A stretch of DNA of 39,587 nucleotides from Candidatus Omnitrophota bacterium (GCA_040754615.1 JBFMBZ010000051.1:1-39587), one strand, 5' to 3'; positions 18,672 through 28,981 are shown, numbered from the stretch's first letter. Program-made: numbers and translations. The notes: a model not told the origin generated them from the sequence alone.

Positions 18672-19914
18672 TTATATTTGCGCACTGGATATCGGGTCGA
18701 GCAAACTTTGCGCTTCTCTTTTTCAATTTAAAGGGAAACGCTGCAGGGCCGCTTTTTTTGAAAGCATCCCCTTAAAAGGCGTAAGCGAAGGAGTAGTAGT
18801 TGACGCCACAGAGCTGGTGAATACAGTTACCAAGCTCATAAAAAACCTTAAATCAAGGTCCAGGATAAACGTAAAGAATATCTACGCTAATATTTCCGGC
18901 CAGGATATCTTAACAAAGCACAGCCGCTCCATCATGCCTTTGGCGGAACGGGGAAATAAGGTAATTGCCCGTTCGGATATACACAAGGTAATAGAGCAGG
19001 CGCATATCCTGGGTTCAAGCCTGGATGAGGAAATCATTCATCAGATTCCCTTAAGCTTCAATATAGATTCTAAAAGCGGTGTAACTTCCCCCTTAGGCCT
19101 GTATAGCCACAGGTTAGAAGTGGATTTATTCCTGATTTGCGCGAAATTATCCGCCTTCCAGAGTCTATGCCGGGCAATAGGCCAGTCCGGATGCGAATTA
19201 AGGGGGGTATTTTTCTCAGGGTTGGCAAGCTCCCGGGCAGCTATGGATGATAACTTTAAAGAAGGCCTTAATCTTTTCTGCGATGCCGGAGCGGACATGA
19301 CCGAGCTCCTTTTATTCAAGAACGGCGTTTTAAGCGGCGTCAACATTTTGCAGATGGGAGGCAATGATTTTACGGCAAGGCTCGCAGAGGAATTGAAGAT
19401 TCCTTTTGAACTGGCGGAGGATATCAAGAAGACCTATGGGTTAGTCGGCGATTCCGCACAGTTAACAGACGACAAAGAAATATTGATTAAAAAGAGCGAC
19501 CTCTACAAACCGATAAAACAGAAACTGGTCGCTGGCATAGTGACTCAACAGGCTAAGGAATTTTGCGCAAAATTAAAAGAGCAGATCGCTAAGGTAGCGG
19601 CTTCCTACGAAGTCAATAACCTGATAATTGCCGGTCGGTCGGTTCTGCTTGAAGGATTTATAGAAACATTGGAGAACGAACTGAATATCAGGGTAAAATT
19701 GGCAAGGCTTTCTAATAAAAACATACCTCTTTTAGCAAAAGAAGACAACGCCCTATCCGGCCAGCGGTACCTGGCCTATTTAACATCCATCGGGGTAATT
19801 TGTGAAGTTATGGATGGTGACTCCGGACTGATAGAGGCAAAAGCTAATCCTTCCGGGAATATCTTCGTTTCTACGTTCAACAAAATTAAAGAAGTCTATC
19901 AGGAATACTTTTAA
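18661..19914 (+). CDS. ftsA: Cell division protein FtsA (divergent)
   Basis: ALDIGSSK phosphate-1 motif, 1C domain (IIHQIP..F.ID...PLG...RLEVD), AEDIK and a C-terminal amphipathic helix; follows ftsQ. Confidence 0.9.
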   Translation: MLNNYICALDIGSSKLCASLFQFKGKRCRAAFFESIPLKGVSEGVVVDATELVNTVTKLIKNLKSRSRINVKNIYANISGQDILTKHSRSIMPLAERGNKVIARSDIHKVIEQAHILGSSLDEEIIHQIPLSFNIDSKSGVTSPLGLYSHRLEVDLFLICAKLSAFQSLCRAIGQSGCELRGVFFSGLASSRAAMDDNFKEGLNLFCDAGADMTELLLFKNGVLSGVNILQMGGNDFTARLAEELKIPFELAEDIKKTYGLVGDSAQLTDDKEILIKKSDLYKPIKQKLVAGIVTQQAKEFCAKLKEQIAKVAASYEVNNLIIAGRSVLLEGFIETLENELNIRVKLARLSNKNIPLLAKEDNALSGQRYLAYLTSIGVICEVMDGDSGLIEAKANPSGNIFVSTFNKIKEVYQEYF

Positions 19915-19924
19915 GCCCAAGAGC

Positions 19925-21142
19925 ATGCATAGGAAAAGAAAGCATTTTATTTGTTTAATCTTATTCTTTGCGGGAAGCATTGCCTTTTGTTTAAGCAATG
20001 CAAATGCAGAAACAAAAATTATTTACTCCTCTTCGGAATTAGGGTTTGCGAACGATTCGGCTATATACGGAAAATACGTATATGTAATCGGGGACAAAGG
20101 GATGGCAATACTTGATTTTTCTAACCCGCAGGCCCCAAAAAGGATAAAGGCCTTACTTTCAAAAGAGCCTTTCCAGGATATTTACGTAGCAGGTGACTAT
20201 GCTTACGTCACCTGCGGAACCCGCCGCGCTTTTATGGGGAAATTAAAGATTTTTGACGTTTCCGCCCCTCAAAATACCTATGAAATAAAAAACAATTTGC
20301 TCCTTCCGGAGGCTCCGGTAGGGGTGTATGTGAGGGAGGGCATTGCTTATATTGCCTGTTTTGCCTCCGGGATTTTCTTGGTTGATGTGAAAAATCCCAG
20401 GTATCCACGCGTAATTTCTAATTTTAAACTTCCCCATGTTTCCAATTCAGAGATTGAGGAAAAGATGGCAGTGACGGCTAAAAGGAATCCTGAAAATTTC
20501 GTAAACAAGTTTGGAAGAAAAATGGGTTTCAATACCCTGGAAGACGGCCTTAAGTGGATTAGGCATTCTTACGGCACAAAGGCGCATGCCTGGTGGTTTA
20601 CTTTACGCTATCCGTATGTATTCCTTTGCGCAGACGCAGCAGGGCTATTTATAATTGACATTTCAGATCCGGGTAATCCCGTCCAAAAAGGGTATTTTAA
20701 TAAAAAACTGGCTAACGGGAAAGATTGTTTTTTTAATGATATAGAGGTGCATGGAAGTTATGCTTTTATTGCCCTGGATTACCTGGGCATGCTCGTCCTT
20801 GACATCTCAGATCTAGAAAACCCCAAAGAGATTACGCATGTAAACCCGTGGGAGGGTGCAAAGTGGCTGACTAGCGCTGGCCATATGATACAGATTGAAA
20901 TAAAGGGCAATTTAGCTTACCTTACTGCGGGTAAGGACGGGCTCTACGTATATGATATAAGTAACCCAAAAGCGCCCGGCTTAGTTACGAAATTCCCCGG
21001 CTCGTATAGCGCGCAGAAAGGATGCGCCTGGGGGGTATTTACAGAAGGAGATTATATCAGCGTAGGATATAGCAGTAATTGCCCCCCTTCCAGACAAAGA
21101 AGCCCTCTGGGAGGCGCTTTTGAGATATTTGTAGAAAGATAA
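19925..21142 (+). CDS. Secreted LVIVD-repeat beta-propeller protein
   Basis: Signal peptide ending in ANA, then six clear repeats of YAY(V/I)....G(L/M).(I/V).D(I/V)S.P..P and a seventh partial blade. Confidence 0.8.
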   Translation: MHRKRKHFICLILFFAGSIAFCLSNANAETKIIYSSSELGFANDSAIYGKYVYVIGDKGMAILDFSNPQAPKRIKALLSKEPFQDIYVAGDYAYVTCGTRRAFMGKLKIFDVSAPQNTYEIKNNLLLPEAPVGVYVREGIAYIACFASGIFLVDVKNPRYPRVISNFKLPHVSNSEIEEKMAVTAKRNPENFVNKFGRKMGFNTLEDGLKWIRHSYGTKAHAWWFTLRYPYVFLCADAAGLFIIDISDPGNPVQKGYFNKKLANGKDCFFNDIEVHGSYAFIALDYLGMLVLDISDLENPKEITHVNPWEGAKWLTSAGHMIQIEIKGNLAYLTAGKDGLYVYDISNPKAPGLVTKFPGSYSAQKGCAWGVFTEGDYISVGYSSNCPPSRQRSPLGGAFEIFVER

Positions 21143-21168
21143 CCTCCCGCTCGCCTTCAAGCCTTCGC

Positions 21169-21196
21169 TTGACCTCAACATTTTCTTGTGTATAAT
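21169..21196 (+). promoter_or_regulatory. Sigma70-type promoter for the yggS-proC-... segment
   Basis: TTGACC (21169-21174), 16-bp spacer, TATAAT (21191-21196). Confidence 0.7.
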
Positions 21197-21211
21197 ATAT
21201 TAGTCTTAATT

Positions 21212-21907
21212 ATGATTAAAGATAACATTTTAAGAATAAAAGAGCGGATATCTTTTGTCTGCTCTAAAATAGGCCGGGATCCGGAATCAATAATCATTAT
21301 CGCGGCGGCAAAGGCCAGGCCCTTAAATCAGATACAAGATGCTGTCGCAGCAGGGGTAAGTGATATCGGAGAAAACAGGGTACAGGAGGCAGTTGTTAAA
21401 TATAATAACCTGTCGCCTGCGGCCTATTGTTTACGTCCTATACACTGGCACATGATCGGCCACTTGCAGTCCAATAAGGTAAAAGAGGCAGTCAGGATAT
21501 TTGATTTGATTCAATCCGTAGACAGCCTGCATTTAGCAGAAGGAATCAATAAAGAGGCGCAAAAAATAAATAAAATCCAGGATATTCTGGTAGAAGTAAA
21601 TACTTCGGGTGAATCTTCTAAGTTCGGTTTAAACCCCCAGGAGGCCTTTGAAACTATTAAGCAAATTTTAGAGTTCAAAAATATCAGCGTTAAGGGGTTG
21701 ATGACTATTGCCCCAATTGCAGACAATCCGGATAAGGCCCGGCCCTATTTTAAGAAGTTAAGAAATTTAATGGAAGAAATTAACGTAAGGCAAAATACGC
21801 AAGGCGCAATTCGCATTTTATCTATGGGCATGTCTGATGATTTTGAGGCGGCGATAGAAGAGGGGGCGAATATGGTAAGATTGGGCAGGGCGATTTTTGA
21901 AAATTAA
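21212..21907 (+). CDS. yggS: PLP homeostasis protein (YggS/PROSC family)
   Basis: GENRVQE, WHMIGHLQSNK, GLMTIAP, LSMGMSDD and VRLGRAIF motifs. Start moved to ATG 21212 because the track GTG lies within the promoter. Confidence 0.95.
   Translation: MIKDNILRIKERISFVCSKIGRDPESIIIIAAAKARPLNQIQDAVAAGVSDIGENRVQEAVVKYNNLSPAAYCLRPIHWHMIGHLQSNKVKEAVRIFDLIQSVDSLHLAEGINKEAQKINKIQDILVEVNTSGESSKFGLNPQEAFETIKQILEFKNISVKGLMTIAPIADNPDKARPYFKKLRNLMEEINVRQNTQGAIRILSMGMSDDFEAAIEEGANMVRLGRAIFEN
21782..21816 (+). repeat. Degenerate 7-bp tandem repeat inside yggS
   Basis: AACGTAA GGCAAAA TACGCAA GGCGCAA TTCGCAT; related to the ribF unit. Confidence 0.55.
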
Positions 21908-21912
21908 TAACT

Positions 21913-22758
21913 ATGTTTAATTTCTTAAGAAAAAGGATTGGAATCATCGGTTACGGGAATATGGGGTTAGCAATAGCCAGTCGCCTCAGCGGTAAGTATT
22001 ACGTTGTTGTATTTGATAAAGACAAGAGCAAAACACAGAATTTAGTGAACATTCAGGTTGCAAGCAGCCTTTTAGATTTAGTGAAAAAAGCAGATGTCGT
22101 TATCTTAGCGGTTAAACCGCAAGACCTTGGTGCCGTTTTAAATGAAATCAAGCATGACCTTAAAACTAAGTTAATAATCTCTATCGCTGCGGGGATAACT
22201 ACGGGGTATATTGAGAATATTTTAGGTGACTGCAAAGTTATTAGGGCAATGCCTAATTTGCCGGTTAGGATTGGAAAAGGAATGATTTGTTTTTCAAAAG
22301 GGAGGTTCGCTGAACAAAAAGACTTAACATTTTCCTTGAGGCTTTTTAAAAATTTAGGAAGAACAATGGAAATAGAAGAAAAATTGATGAATGATGTGAC
22401 TGCTGCATCTGGTAGCGGACCGGCTTTTTTCTATGATTTTATTGAAAAGCAGAAGAACCTTGGCAATACTAAACTCGGGAACATCAAAAAAGAATTTGAT
22501 AAGATTATGGTAGACTATCTACTTTCTCATAAATGCGGATGGACGCCTCAAGATGCAAGGGTAGTTGTAACTACTACAAGCGCTGCAAGCCTCGCCTTAC
22601 TCAAGATCGAGAATGTCGATCCCAAAGACTTGATAATTCAAATTGCCTCTCCAGGAGGAACTACGCAGGCAGGGTTAGATAAATTAGATAACAAGGGAAC
22701 GCTCACAGATGCAATGGATGCTGCGATTAAGCGCGCTGAAGAACTATCTAAGAATTGA
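21913..22758 (+). CDS. proC: Pyrroline-5-carboxylate reductase
   Basis: IGYGNMG, LAVKPQ, ISIAAG, RAMPN, SGSGPA and ASPGGTT motifs; conserved yggS-proC linkage. Confidence 0.92.
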   Translation: MFNFLRKRIGIIGYGNMGLAIASRLSGKYYVVVFDKDKSKTQNLVNIQVASSLLDLVKKADVVILAVKPQDLGAVLNEIKHDLKTKLIISIAAGITTGYIENILGDCKVIRAMPNLPVRIGKGMICFSKGRFAEQKDLTFSLRLFKNLGRTMEIEEKLMNDVTAASGSGPAFFYDFIEKQKNLGNTKLGNIKKEFDKIMVDYLLSHKCGWTPQDARVVVTTTSAASLALLKIENVDPKDLIIQIASPGGTTQAGLDKLDNKGTLTDAMDAAIKRAEELSKN

Positions 22759-22815
22759 TTTTTATATTCTAAAAAGTAGCGTGACAAGACAGGACCCATG
22801 CAATAGGAGAATAAA

Positions 22816-23676
22816 ATGAGTCGAATAGGAATTATCGGAGGGAGCGGGTTATATCAGATTGAAGGGATAAAGAATATTAAGGAAGTTTCGGTCAATACGC
22901 CTTTTGGCAAGCCCTCTGATAAGTTTACCGTGGGCACGCTTTCCGGCAAAGACGTGGTTTTTCTTCCCCGCCACGGAGTAGGCCATCGTATTGCGCCCAG
23001 CGCTATAAATTATCGCGCAAATATTTTCGGGATGAAAAAACTGGGAGTAGAAAGGATAATCTCGGTGACGGCCTGCGGAAGCCTTAAAGACCAGATAAAG
23101 CCGCTGGATTTTGTAGTGGCGGACCAGTTTGTGGACAGGACAAACCACGCCAGGCAGATGACTTTTTTCGATAAGGGGTTGGTTGCCCACATAGTATTTG
23201 CGCACCCGGTTTGCCAGGATCTGGCTAAAGAATTATTCGAAGCCGGATGCAGCCTGAACCTTAATATGCACCCAAAAGGGGCCTATATTAATATGGAAGG
23301 CCCGGCCTTTTCCACGCTCGCAGAATCAAACCTTTACCGTAACTGGGGCATGGATATTATCGGCATGACTAATATGCCGGAAGCAAAATTAGCCAGGGAA
23401 GCGGAAATTTGCTACGCTACTTTAGCCTGCGTTACGGATTATGACTGTTGGCACCCCCTGCATGAATCCGTAACAATAGATATGGTAATCCAGAATTTAT
23501 CTAAGAACGTGGACAATGCCAAGAGGATAATATCCAGCGCAATAAAAAATCTCAAAGAAGAGCGCAGCTGCCCTTGCAGGGATTCCCTGAAGCACGCAAT
23601 AGTCACGCAGGCTAACCTTATCCCGCCCAAAGTTAAAAAGGACCTCAAGATCATTATCGGAAAATATGTCAAATAA
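22816..23676 (+). CDS. mtnP: S-methyl-5'-thioadenosine phosphorylase
   Basis: [40 protein letters not shown] and VTDYDCW motifs; AGGAG SD. Confidence 0.95.
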   Translation: MSRIGIIGGSGLYQIEGIKNIKEVSVNTPFGKPSDKFTVGTLSGKDVVFLPRHGVGHRIAPSAINYRANIFGMKKLGVERIISVTACGSLKDQIKPLDFVVADQFVDRTNHARQMTFFDKGLVAHIVFAHPVCQDLAKELFEAGCSLNLNMHPKGAYINMEGPAFSTLAESNLYRNWGMDIIGMTNMPEAKLAREAEICYATLACVTDYDCWHPLHESVTIDMVIQNLSKNVDNAKRIISSAIKNLKEERSCPCRDSLKHAIVTQANLIPPKVKKDLKIIIGKYVK

Positions 23677-26488
23677 TATTGATTACAAACCCACTTTAAA
23701 CCTTCCCCGCACGGATTTTTCCATGAAGGCGGACCTGCCTAAGAAAGAGCCCGGGTATTTAAAAGAGTGGGAAGAAAAGAATATCTATCAGTCACTGCGC
23801 AGGAAATCAGAAGGCAGGCCCAAATATATCCTTCACGACGGACCTCCTTACGCCAACGGTGATATACATATAGGCCATGCGTTGAACAAAACCCTTAAAG
23901 ATATAGTAGTCAAATATAAAACCATGAAAGGGTTTGATTCGGCTTTTGTCCCCGGATGGGACTGCCATGGCTTGCCGGTAGAACACCAGTTATTTAAAGA
24001 GCTGAAAATAAATAAATACCAGATTGACCAGCTTGGATTCCGCAAGAAGGCCTTTGACTATGCCCTTAAATATGTGGGGATACAAAGAGAAGAATTTAAA
24101 CGCCTGGGTGTGTTCGCAGACTGGGAAAAACCATACCTTACTTTAGATGCCGGTTATGAAGAGGCAATTATAAATTCTTTAGCGGAACTTGTTAAAAAAG
24201 GATATATTTACCGCGGCCTTAAGCCGGTGAACTGGTGTTTTAAATGCGAGACCGCCCTCGCAGAGGCGGAAGTGGAATATGAAGAGCATGTCTCTCCTTC
24301 AATTTATGTCAGGTTTAAGTTAGATGATAAGCAGGGTTTTGAAAAAGACAGTTTTCTTGTGATTTGGACTACCACTCCCTGGACATTAATCGCAAATGTG
24401 GCAGTAGCGGCCCATCCGGACTTTAAATATTCCTATATCAAGACCGAAAAAGGGAACCTTATAATCGCAAGCGATTTGCTTTCAAGTGCCCTCTCTAATG
24501 CCAATATCGCCAACTACACCTTAATCAGAGAATTTAAAGGCAGGCAGCTGGAGGGCCTGGCGTATATCCATCCGTTTAATTCAAAGAAATTCAGCGTAGT
24601 CCTTGCGGATTATGTTTCTAAGGAAGAGGGGACAGGGCTTGTGCATACTGCTCCGGGCCACGGCAACGAAGATTACCTGACCGGGATAAAATATAATTTA
24701 GAGATTGTTATGCCGGTGGATGCAAAAGGAAATTTTGATTCTTCCGCCGCAGAATTTACGGGCAGGAATGTCTTTGCGGCAAACGATGAGATAATTAATA
24801 AACTGAAAGAGCAGGGAGACTTGTTATTCAGCGTAAAGATCTCGCACTCTTATCCGCATTGCTGGCGCTGTAAAAGTGCGGTAATCTTTCGCGCTACCAA
24901 GCAGTGGTTTATCAGCATTGAACATGCGGGCCTACGCAAAGAGTTGCTCGCGGCAGTGGAAAAAGTTCAATGGGTGCCTGCTGCGGGAAAAGAGAGGATA
25001 GCGGCAATGATAGAGCTGCGGCCTGACTGGTGTATTTCCCGGCAGAGATATTGGGGCGTGCCGATACCTGTTTTGGCCTGCAACAACTGCCAGGAGGAAA
25101 TACTGGAATATGAAGTCGTAAATAAATTTGCCGCCTATATTTCCAAAGAAGGCTCTGATTGCTGGTTTAGGCGCGATGTTAAAGATTTTATCGGCCCGGA
25201 TACGAAATGCCCTAAATGCCAGGGAAGAGATTTTTCCAAAGGCAACGATATACTGGATGTCTGGTTTGATTCAGGGGTAAGCCACCAGGCAGTATTAAAG
25301 AGAAGGGAGGAGCTCTCTTTTCCTTGCGAATTGTATTTGGAAGGTTCAGACCAGCACCGGGGGTGGTTTCAGTCTTCGCTGATTTCGTCTATTTGCATAG
25401 ATAGGCTACCCCCCTTTAAGAGCGTGCTGACCCACGGATTTGTCGTGGACGCAGAGGGCCGCAAGATGTCTAAGTCGCTGGGGAACGTGATTTCTCCTTT
25501 TGATATTATTAAAGATTACGGGGCGGATATCTTAAGGCTGTGGGTTGCCTCAAGCGACTACAATGAAGATATCAGGATTTCCAGCCAGATACTCTTACGT
25601 TTGTCAGAGGCTTACCGTAAGATACGCAATACCGCAAAGTTTATCTTAAGCAACTTGTATGATTTTGACCCTGCGAAAGACAGGGTGGATTATGAAAAAT
25701 TAAATAAAATTGATAAATGGATCTTATACAAAAAGGAGAATGTCCTTCAGGCAGCAGAATCTGCTTATGAGAATTTTGAATTTTACAAGGCATATAAGAA
25801 GATATACGATTTCTGCAACGAAGAGCTATCCATGTATTATCTTGATATGATCAAAGGCCGGCTTTATACTTTTGCCTGTGATTCCGTAGAGAGGCGCGCC
25901 TGTCAGACCGCCATATTTGAAATATTAAACATGCTGGTCAAGGCAGTAGCCCCGATACTGGTTTTTACTTCCGAAGAGATCTGGAGGCATATGCCTAAAG
26001 ATGCCCCAGAGGCTTCTTTAGAAAGCGTCCATTTATCGGGTTTTCCGCAAATCAATCCTGAATTTGCCCAGGCCGGGGTAGCTGTGCAGGAATCAATTGA
26101 TGCCCGGCTTTGCGTTGCAATTACGCTCATACCGGAGATTGCAAAGATATTGGAAGATTTACGCGGCAAAGGCGAAATCGGCAGTTCTTTTGACGCGCAA
26201 ATAATCTTATTGACAAAGGATGAATTTCATTATAAATATTTAAGGAGCCTTGAAGATGAACTTCCGGAGATTCTTAAAGTTTCATCTGTCGGGATAGAAA
26301 AAGGGGATACGCAGGAGAAGGCAATTACCAGCAGCAAATACCCCGATATTGCCATCCTGGCAAGTAAGGCAAATGGGCAGAAGTGCACGCGCTGCTGGAA
26401 TTACAGGCCGGATGTGGGGGGCTCAAAAGAGCATCCTTTATTGTGCTCAAGATGCATAACTGCGGTTAAGAGAGGAGAAATAAATTGA
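23666..26488 (+). CDS. ileS: Isoleucyl-tRNA synthetase (type 1)
   Basis: [41 protein letters not shown] and a C-terminal CTRC...CSRC zinc finger. Confidence 0.98.
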   Translation: MSNNIDYKPTLNLPRTDFSMKADLPKKEPGYLKEWEEKNIYQSLRRKSEGRPKYILHDGPPYANGDIHIGHALNKTLKDIVVKYKTMKGFDSAFVPGWDCHGLPVEHQLFKELKINKYQIDQLGFRKKAFDYALKYVGIQREEFKRLGVFADWEKPYLTLDAGYEEAIINSLAELVKKGYIYRGLKPVNWCFKCETALAEAEVEYEEHVSPSIYVRFKLDDKQGFEKDSFLVIWTTTPWTLIANVAVAAHPDFKYSYIKTEKGNLIIASDLLSSALSNANIANYTLIREFKGRQLEGLAYIHPFNSKKFSVVLADYVSKEEGTGLVHTAPGHGNEDYLTGIKYNLEIVMPVDAKGNFDSSAAEFTGRNVFAANDEIINKLKEQGDLLFSVKISHSYPHCWRCKSAVIFRATKQWFISIEHAGLRKELLAAVEKVQWVPAAGKERIAAMIELRPDWCISRQRYWGVPIPVLACNNCQEEILEYEVVNKFAAYISKEGSDCWFRRDVKDFIGPDTKCPKCQGRDFSKGNDILDVWFDSGVSHQAVLKRREELSFPCELYLEGSDQHRGWFQSSLISSICIDRLPPFKSVLTHGFVVDAEGRKMSKSLGNVISPFDIIKDYGADILRLWVASSDYNEDIRISSQILLRLSEAYRKIRNTAKFILSNLYDFDPAKDRVDYEKLNKIDKWILYKKENVLQAAESAYENFEFYKAYKKIYDFCNEELSMYYLDMIKGRLYTFACDSVERRACQTAIFEILNMLVKAVAPILVFTSEEIWRHMPKDAPEASLESVHLSGFPQINPEFAQAGVAVQESIDARLCVAITLIPEIAKILEDLRGKGEIGSSFDAQIILLTKDEFHYKYLRSLEDELPEILKVSSVGIEKGDTQEKAITSSKYPDIAILASKANGQKCTRCWNYRPDVGGSKEHPLLCSRCITAVKRGEIN

Positions 26489-26868
26489 AAAAGAAATTCA
26501 GCAAAAAAGATTTGGGCGTCTATAAGAAGTTGCTTCTAAAAAGAAAAGAGGAGCTTATTGAAGGAATACAGCATATATCCGAGGATATTTTAAAGAAATC
26601 CCAGAAGGAGGCCTCGGGGGATATCTCAGGCTATACTTACCATATGGCGGATGTGGCAACGGATAACTATGACCGGGAATTTTCCCTGGGCCTTGCTTCC
26701 AGCGAGCGAAAAGTGCTTTATGAATTTGATGACGCCCTGAAAAAAATAGATGAGGGCACCTTTGGCATTTGCGAAGACTGCAAAGGGCTCATTGCAAAGA
26801 CAAGGTTAAAGGCAGTCCCTTATGCGCGCCTATGCGTCAAATGCCAGGAGAGAAGGGAAAAAAGATAG
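26485..26868 (+). CDS. TraR/DksA C4-type zinc finger protein
   Basis: Coiled coil with HMADVATD tip and CEDC...[14 protein letters not shown]; TTG start overlaps the ileS stop; AGGAG SD. Confidence 0.9.
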   Translation: MKKKFSKKDLGVYKKLLLKRKEELIEGIQHISEDILKKSQKEASGDISGYTYHMADVATDNYDREFSLGLASSERKVLYEFDDALKKIDEGTFGICEDCKGLIAKTRLKAVPYARLCVKCQERREKR

Positions 26869-26884
26869 CTATTCCTCCTTTGCG

Positions 26885-27334
26885 ATGATTCCTGTCATCG
26901 TAATTTCCATCCTTTTTCTTGACCAAGCCAGCAAGTTTTTTATCTTAAAAAACCTGTCCTTAAACGAATCTATCCCGGTAATTAAAGGCGTTTTTCATCT
27001 TACCCTGGTTTTTAACCGGGGCGCCGCCTTTGGCATCTTAAAAAACCAGCTTCCGCTTTTTATATTTACGGCCGTTATATCTGTCATCCTGATAACCCTG
27101 AGCCTAAAAGAAAGCCGGGGAAAGAAAGTTTCCGTCTTTTCTTTAAGCCTTATCCTGGCAGGGGCGCTGGGAAATCTTGCCGACAGGATATTTTTCGGGT
27201 ACGTAATTGACTTCCTGGATTTTCGCATCTGGCCGGTCTTTAATGTAGCGGATTGCGCGATTACTGCGGGAGCTATATTGTTTGGCTGGGCTATCCTGTT
27301 TAGGGGAAGAAAAAATAAACCGGTAAAATCATAA
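26885..27334 (+). CDS. lspA: Lipoprotein signal peptidase II
   Basis: LDQASK, NRGAAFG, GALGNLADR, VIDFL and WPVFNVAD motifs; ATG 26885 preferred. Confidence 0.95.
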   Translation: MIPVIVISILFLDQASKFFILKNLSLNESIPVIKGVFHLTLVFNRGAAFGILKNQLPLFIFTAVISVILITLSLKESRGKKVSVFSLSLILAGALGNLADRIFFGYVIDFLDFRIWPVFNVADCAITAGAILFGWAILFRGRKNKPVKS

Positions 27335-27338
27335 CATT

Positions 27339-28064
27339 ATGTTTCCTATTATCTGTCAAGTTGGGCCTGTAAGCGTTTATTCATACGGGCTGATGCTCGT
27401 CATAGCTTTTTTTGTCTCATCGTTTCTTGCCTCGCAGGAAGCCAAGAAAAGAGGCATGCAAGAGGGCATCATATTTAACCTTTTATTTACGGCTTTTATC
27501 TGGGGGGTTATCGGGGCGCGGGCCTTTTACGTTATTGAAAACCTTGATTTTTACAGGCATGACCTGATTGAGATAATCAAATTGCAGCATGGTGGCCTTT
27601 CATGGTACGGAGGCCTGATCCTGGGGGCTGGTAGCGGCGCTATTTATTTAAAGAAAAAGAAACAGCCTCTTTACAAGGTATTGGATTTAATCATTCCTTT
27701 TGTTGCCCTGGGCCAGGCAATAGGCCGTATCGGTTGTTTATTGAACGGTTGCTGCTATGGCAGGGAATCCCAATTCGGCATTTACTTCCCGGCCCATGAT
27801 TCTGTTTTAATCCCTACCCAGATTTATTCTTCTTTAACCCTGGTTATTATCTTCGTTATCTTGAGGTTTCTGCAAGCAAAACCGCACAGTGAAGGAGAAA
27901 TTTTCTTTACGTATCTTTTGCTTTACTCTATAAAAAGGTTTCTTGTTGAATTCAGCAGGGCCGATAACCCTATAATTTTTTACAAATTTACTCTCTTTCA
28001 AATCATAAGCTTTGCCTTCTTTTGCCTGTCTGTAATCAGACTCCTCAGGATAAAATCCAGATAA
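27339..28064 (+). CDS. lgt: Prolipoprotein diacylglyceryl transferase
   Basis: YSYG, GARAFY, GGLSWYGG, GRIGCLLNGCCYG, PTQIY and RFLVEF motifs. Confidence 0.95.
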   Translation: MFPIICQVGPVSVYSYGLMLVIAFFVSSFLASQEAKKRGMQEGIIFNLLFTAFIWGVIGARAFYVIENLDFYRHDLIEIIKLQHGGLSWYGGLILGAGSGAIYLKKKKQPLYKVLDLIIPFVALGQAIGRIGCLLNGCCYGRESQFGIYFPAHDSVLIPTQIYSSLTLVIIFVILRFLQAKPHSEGEIFFTYLLLYSIKRFLVEFSRADNPIIFYKFTLFQIISFAFFCLSVIRLLRIKSR

Positions 28065-28066
28065 TT

Positions 28067-28978
28067 ATGAAAGAATTCGTATTAAAATCTTCTTCAGAAG
28101 ATTCGGGAATGCGCCTGGATATGTTTCTTCTGCGTTACTCAAATAAGGAAAGTTTAGGGTTGTCCCGCACCCTGATTCAGAAGTTAATCCGCGAAGGAAA
28201 AATAAGAATAAGCGGCCCCGGGTCTTTAAAACCTAACCGTAAAATAAAAGAAAATGAAGAAATTATGATTACGCTGGAAGAAAAAGCTGCGAACGGCCTT
28301 ATCGCCGAGAGCATGCCGTTAGATATTGTTTACGAAGATAATGACGTAGCGGTAATAAACAAGCCTGCGGGCCTGGTCGTACATCCGGGCGCCGGCAACC
28401 ACGAGCATACGCTGGTAAATGCCTTGTTATTCCATCTAAAGGAGTTATCCGATATTAACCCGAAGCGGCCGGGCATTGTGCACAGGCTGGATAAGGAAAC
28501 ATCGGGCTTGCTCGTCGTTGCCAAGAATAATCCTAGCCACCTTGCATTAGCCAGGCAATTTGCAAAGCATACCATTAAACGTAAATACATCGCAGTGGTC
28601 AGGGGCAAGGTAGAATTTGATGAGGATGTGATTGAATTGCCCATTGCAAGACACGCAGTCAAAAGAAAAAGCATGGCTGTCAGTTTCGCTAAAGATTCCA
28701 AGTATTCCAAGACGCATTACCGGACGTTACGCCGCGGTGATGATTATAGCGCGTTAGAGCTTACCCCTTATACCGGCAGGACTCACCAGTTGCGGGTGCA
28801 TCTTTCATTCTTGGGCCATCCTATTTTAGGGGATACCAAATACTCAAGCAACAACGCGTTTACCCGGCTCATGCTCCATGCGCAAGCGCTTGGCTTTATT
28901 CATCCCCAAACCGGTAAATTCCTGGAGTTTTCAAGTAAGATCCCCCCGGAGTTCTCCCCGTTTTTAGCTAAAAAATAA
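28067..28978 (+). CDS. rluD: RluA/RluD-family 23S rRNA pseudouridine synthase
   Basis: S4 domain (RLD..L...SR), NKPAGLVVHP, HRLDKETSG and TGRTHQLRVH motifs; ATG 28067 preferred. Confidence 0.9.
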   Translation: MKEFVLKSSSEDSGMRLDMFLLRYSNKESLGLSRTLIQKLIREGKIRISGPGSLKPNRKIKENEEIMITLEEKAANGLIAESMPLDIVYEDNDVAVINKPAGLVVHPGAGNHEHTLVNALLFHLKELSDINPKRPGIVHRLDKETSGLLVVAKNNPSHLALARQFAKHTIKRKYIAVVRGKVEFDEDVIELPIARHAVKRKSMAVSFAKDSKYSKTHYRTLRRGDDYSALELTPYTGRTHQLRVHLSFLGHPILGDTKYSSNNAFTRLMLHAQALGFIHPQTGKFLEFSSKIPPEFSPFLAKK

Positions 28979-28981
28979 ATC

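Noticed and set aside
21143-21170. GCCTTC direct repeat after the LVIVD gene as an insertion scar
   Set aside because: Only two 6-bp copies, with no matching sequence at the gene's 5' side.
23600-23676. T-box leader for ileS
   Set aside because: ileS overlaps mtnP, leaving no leader.
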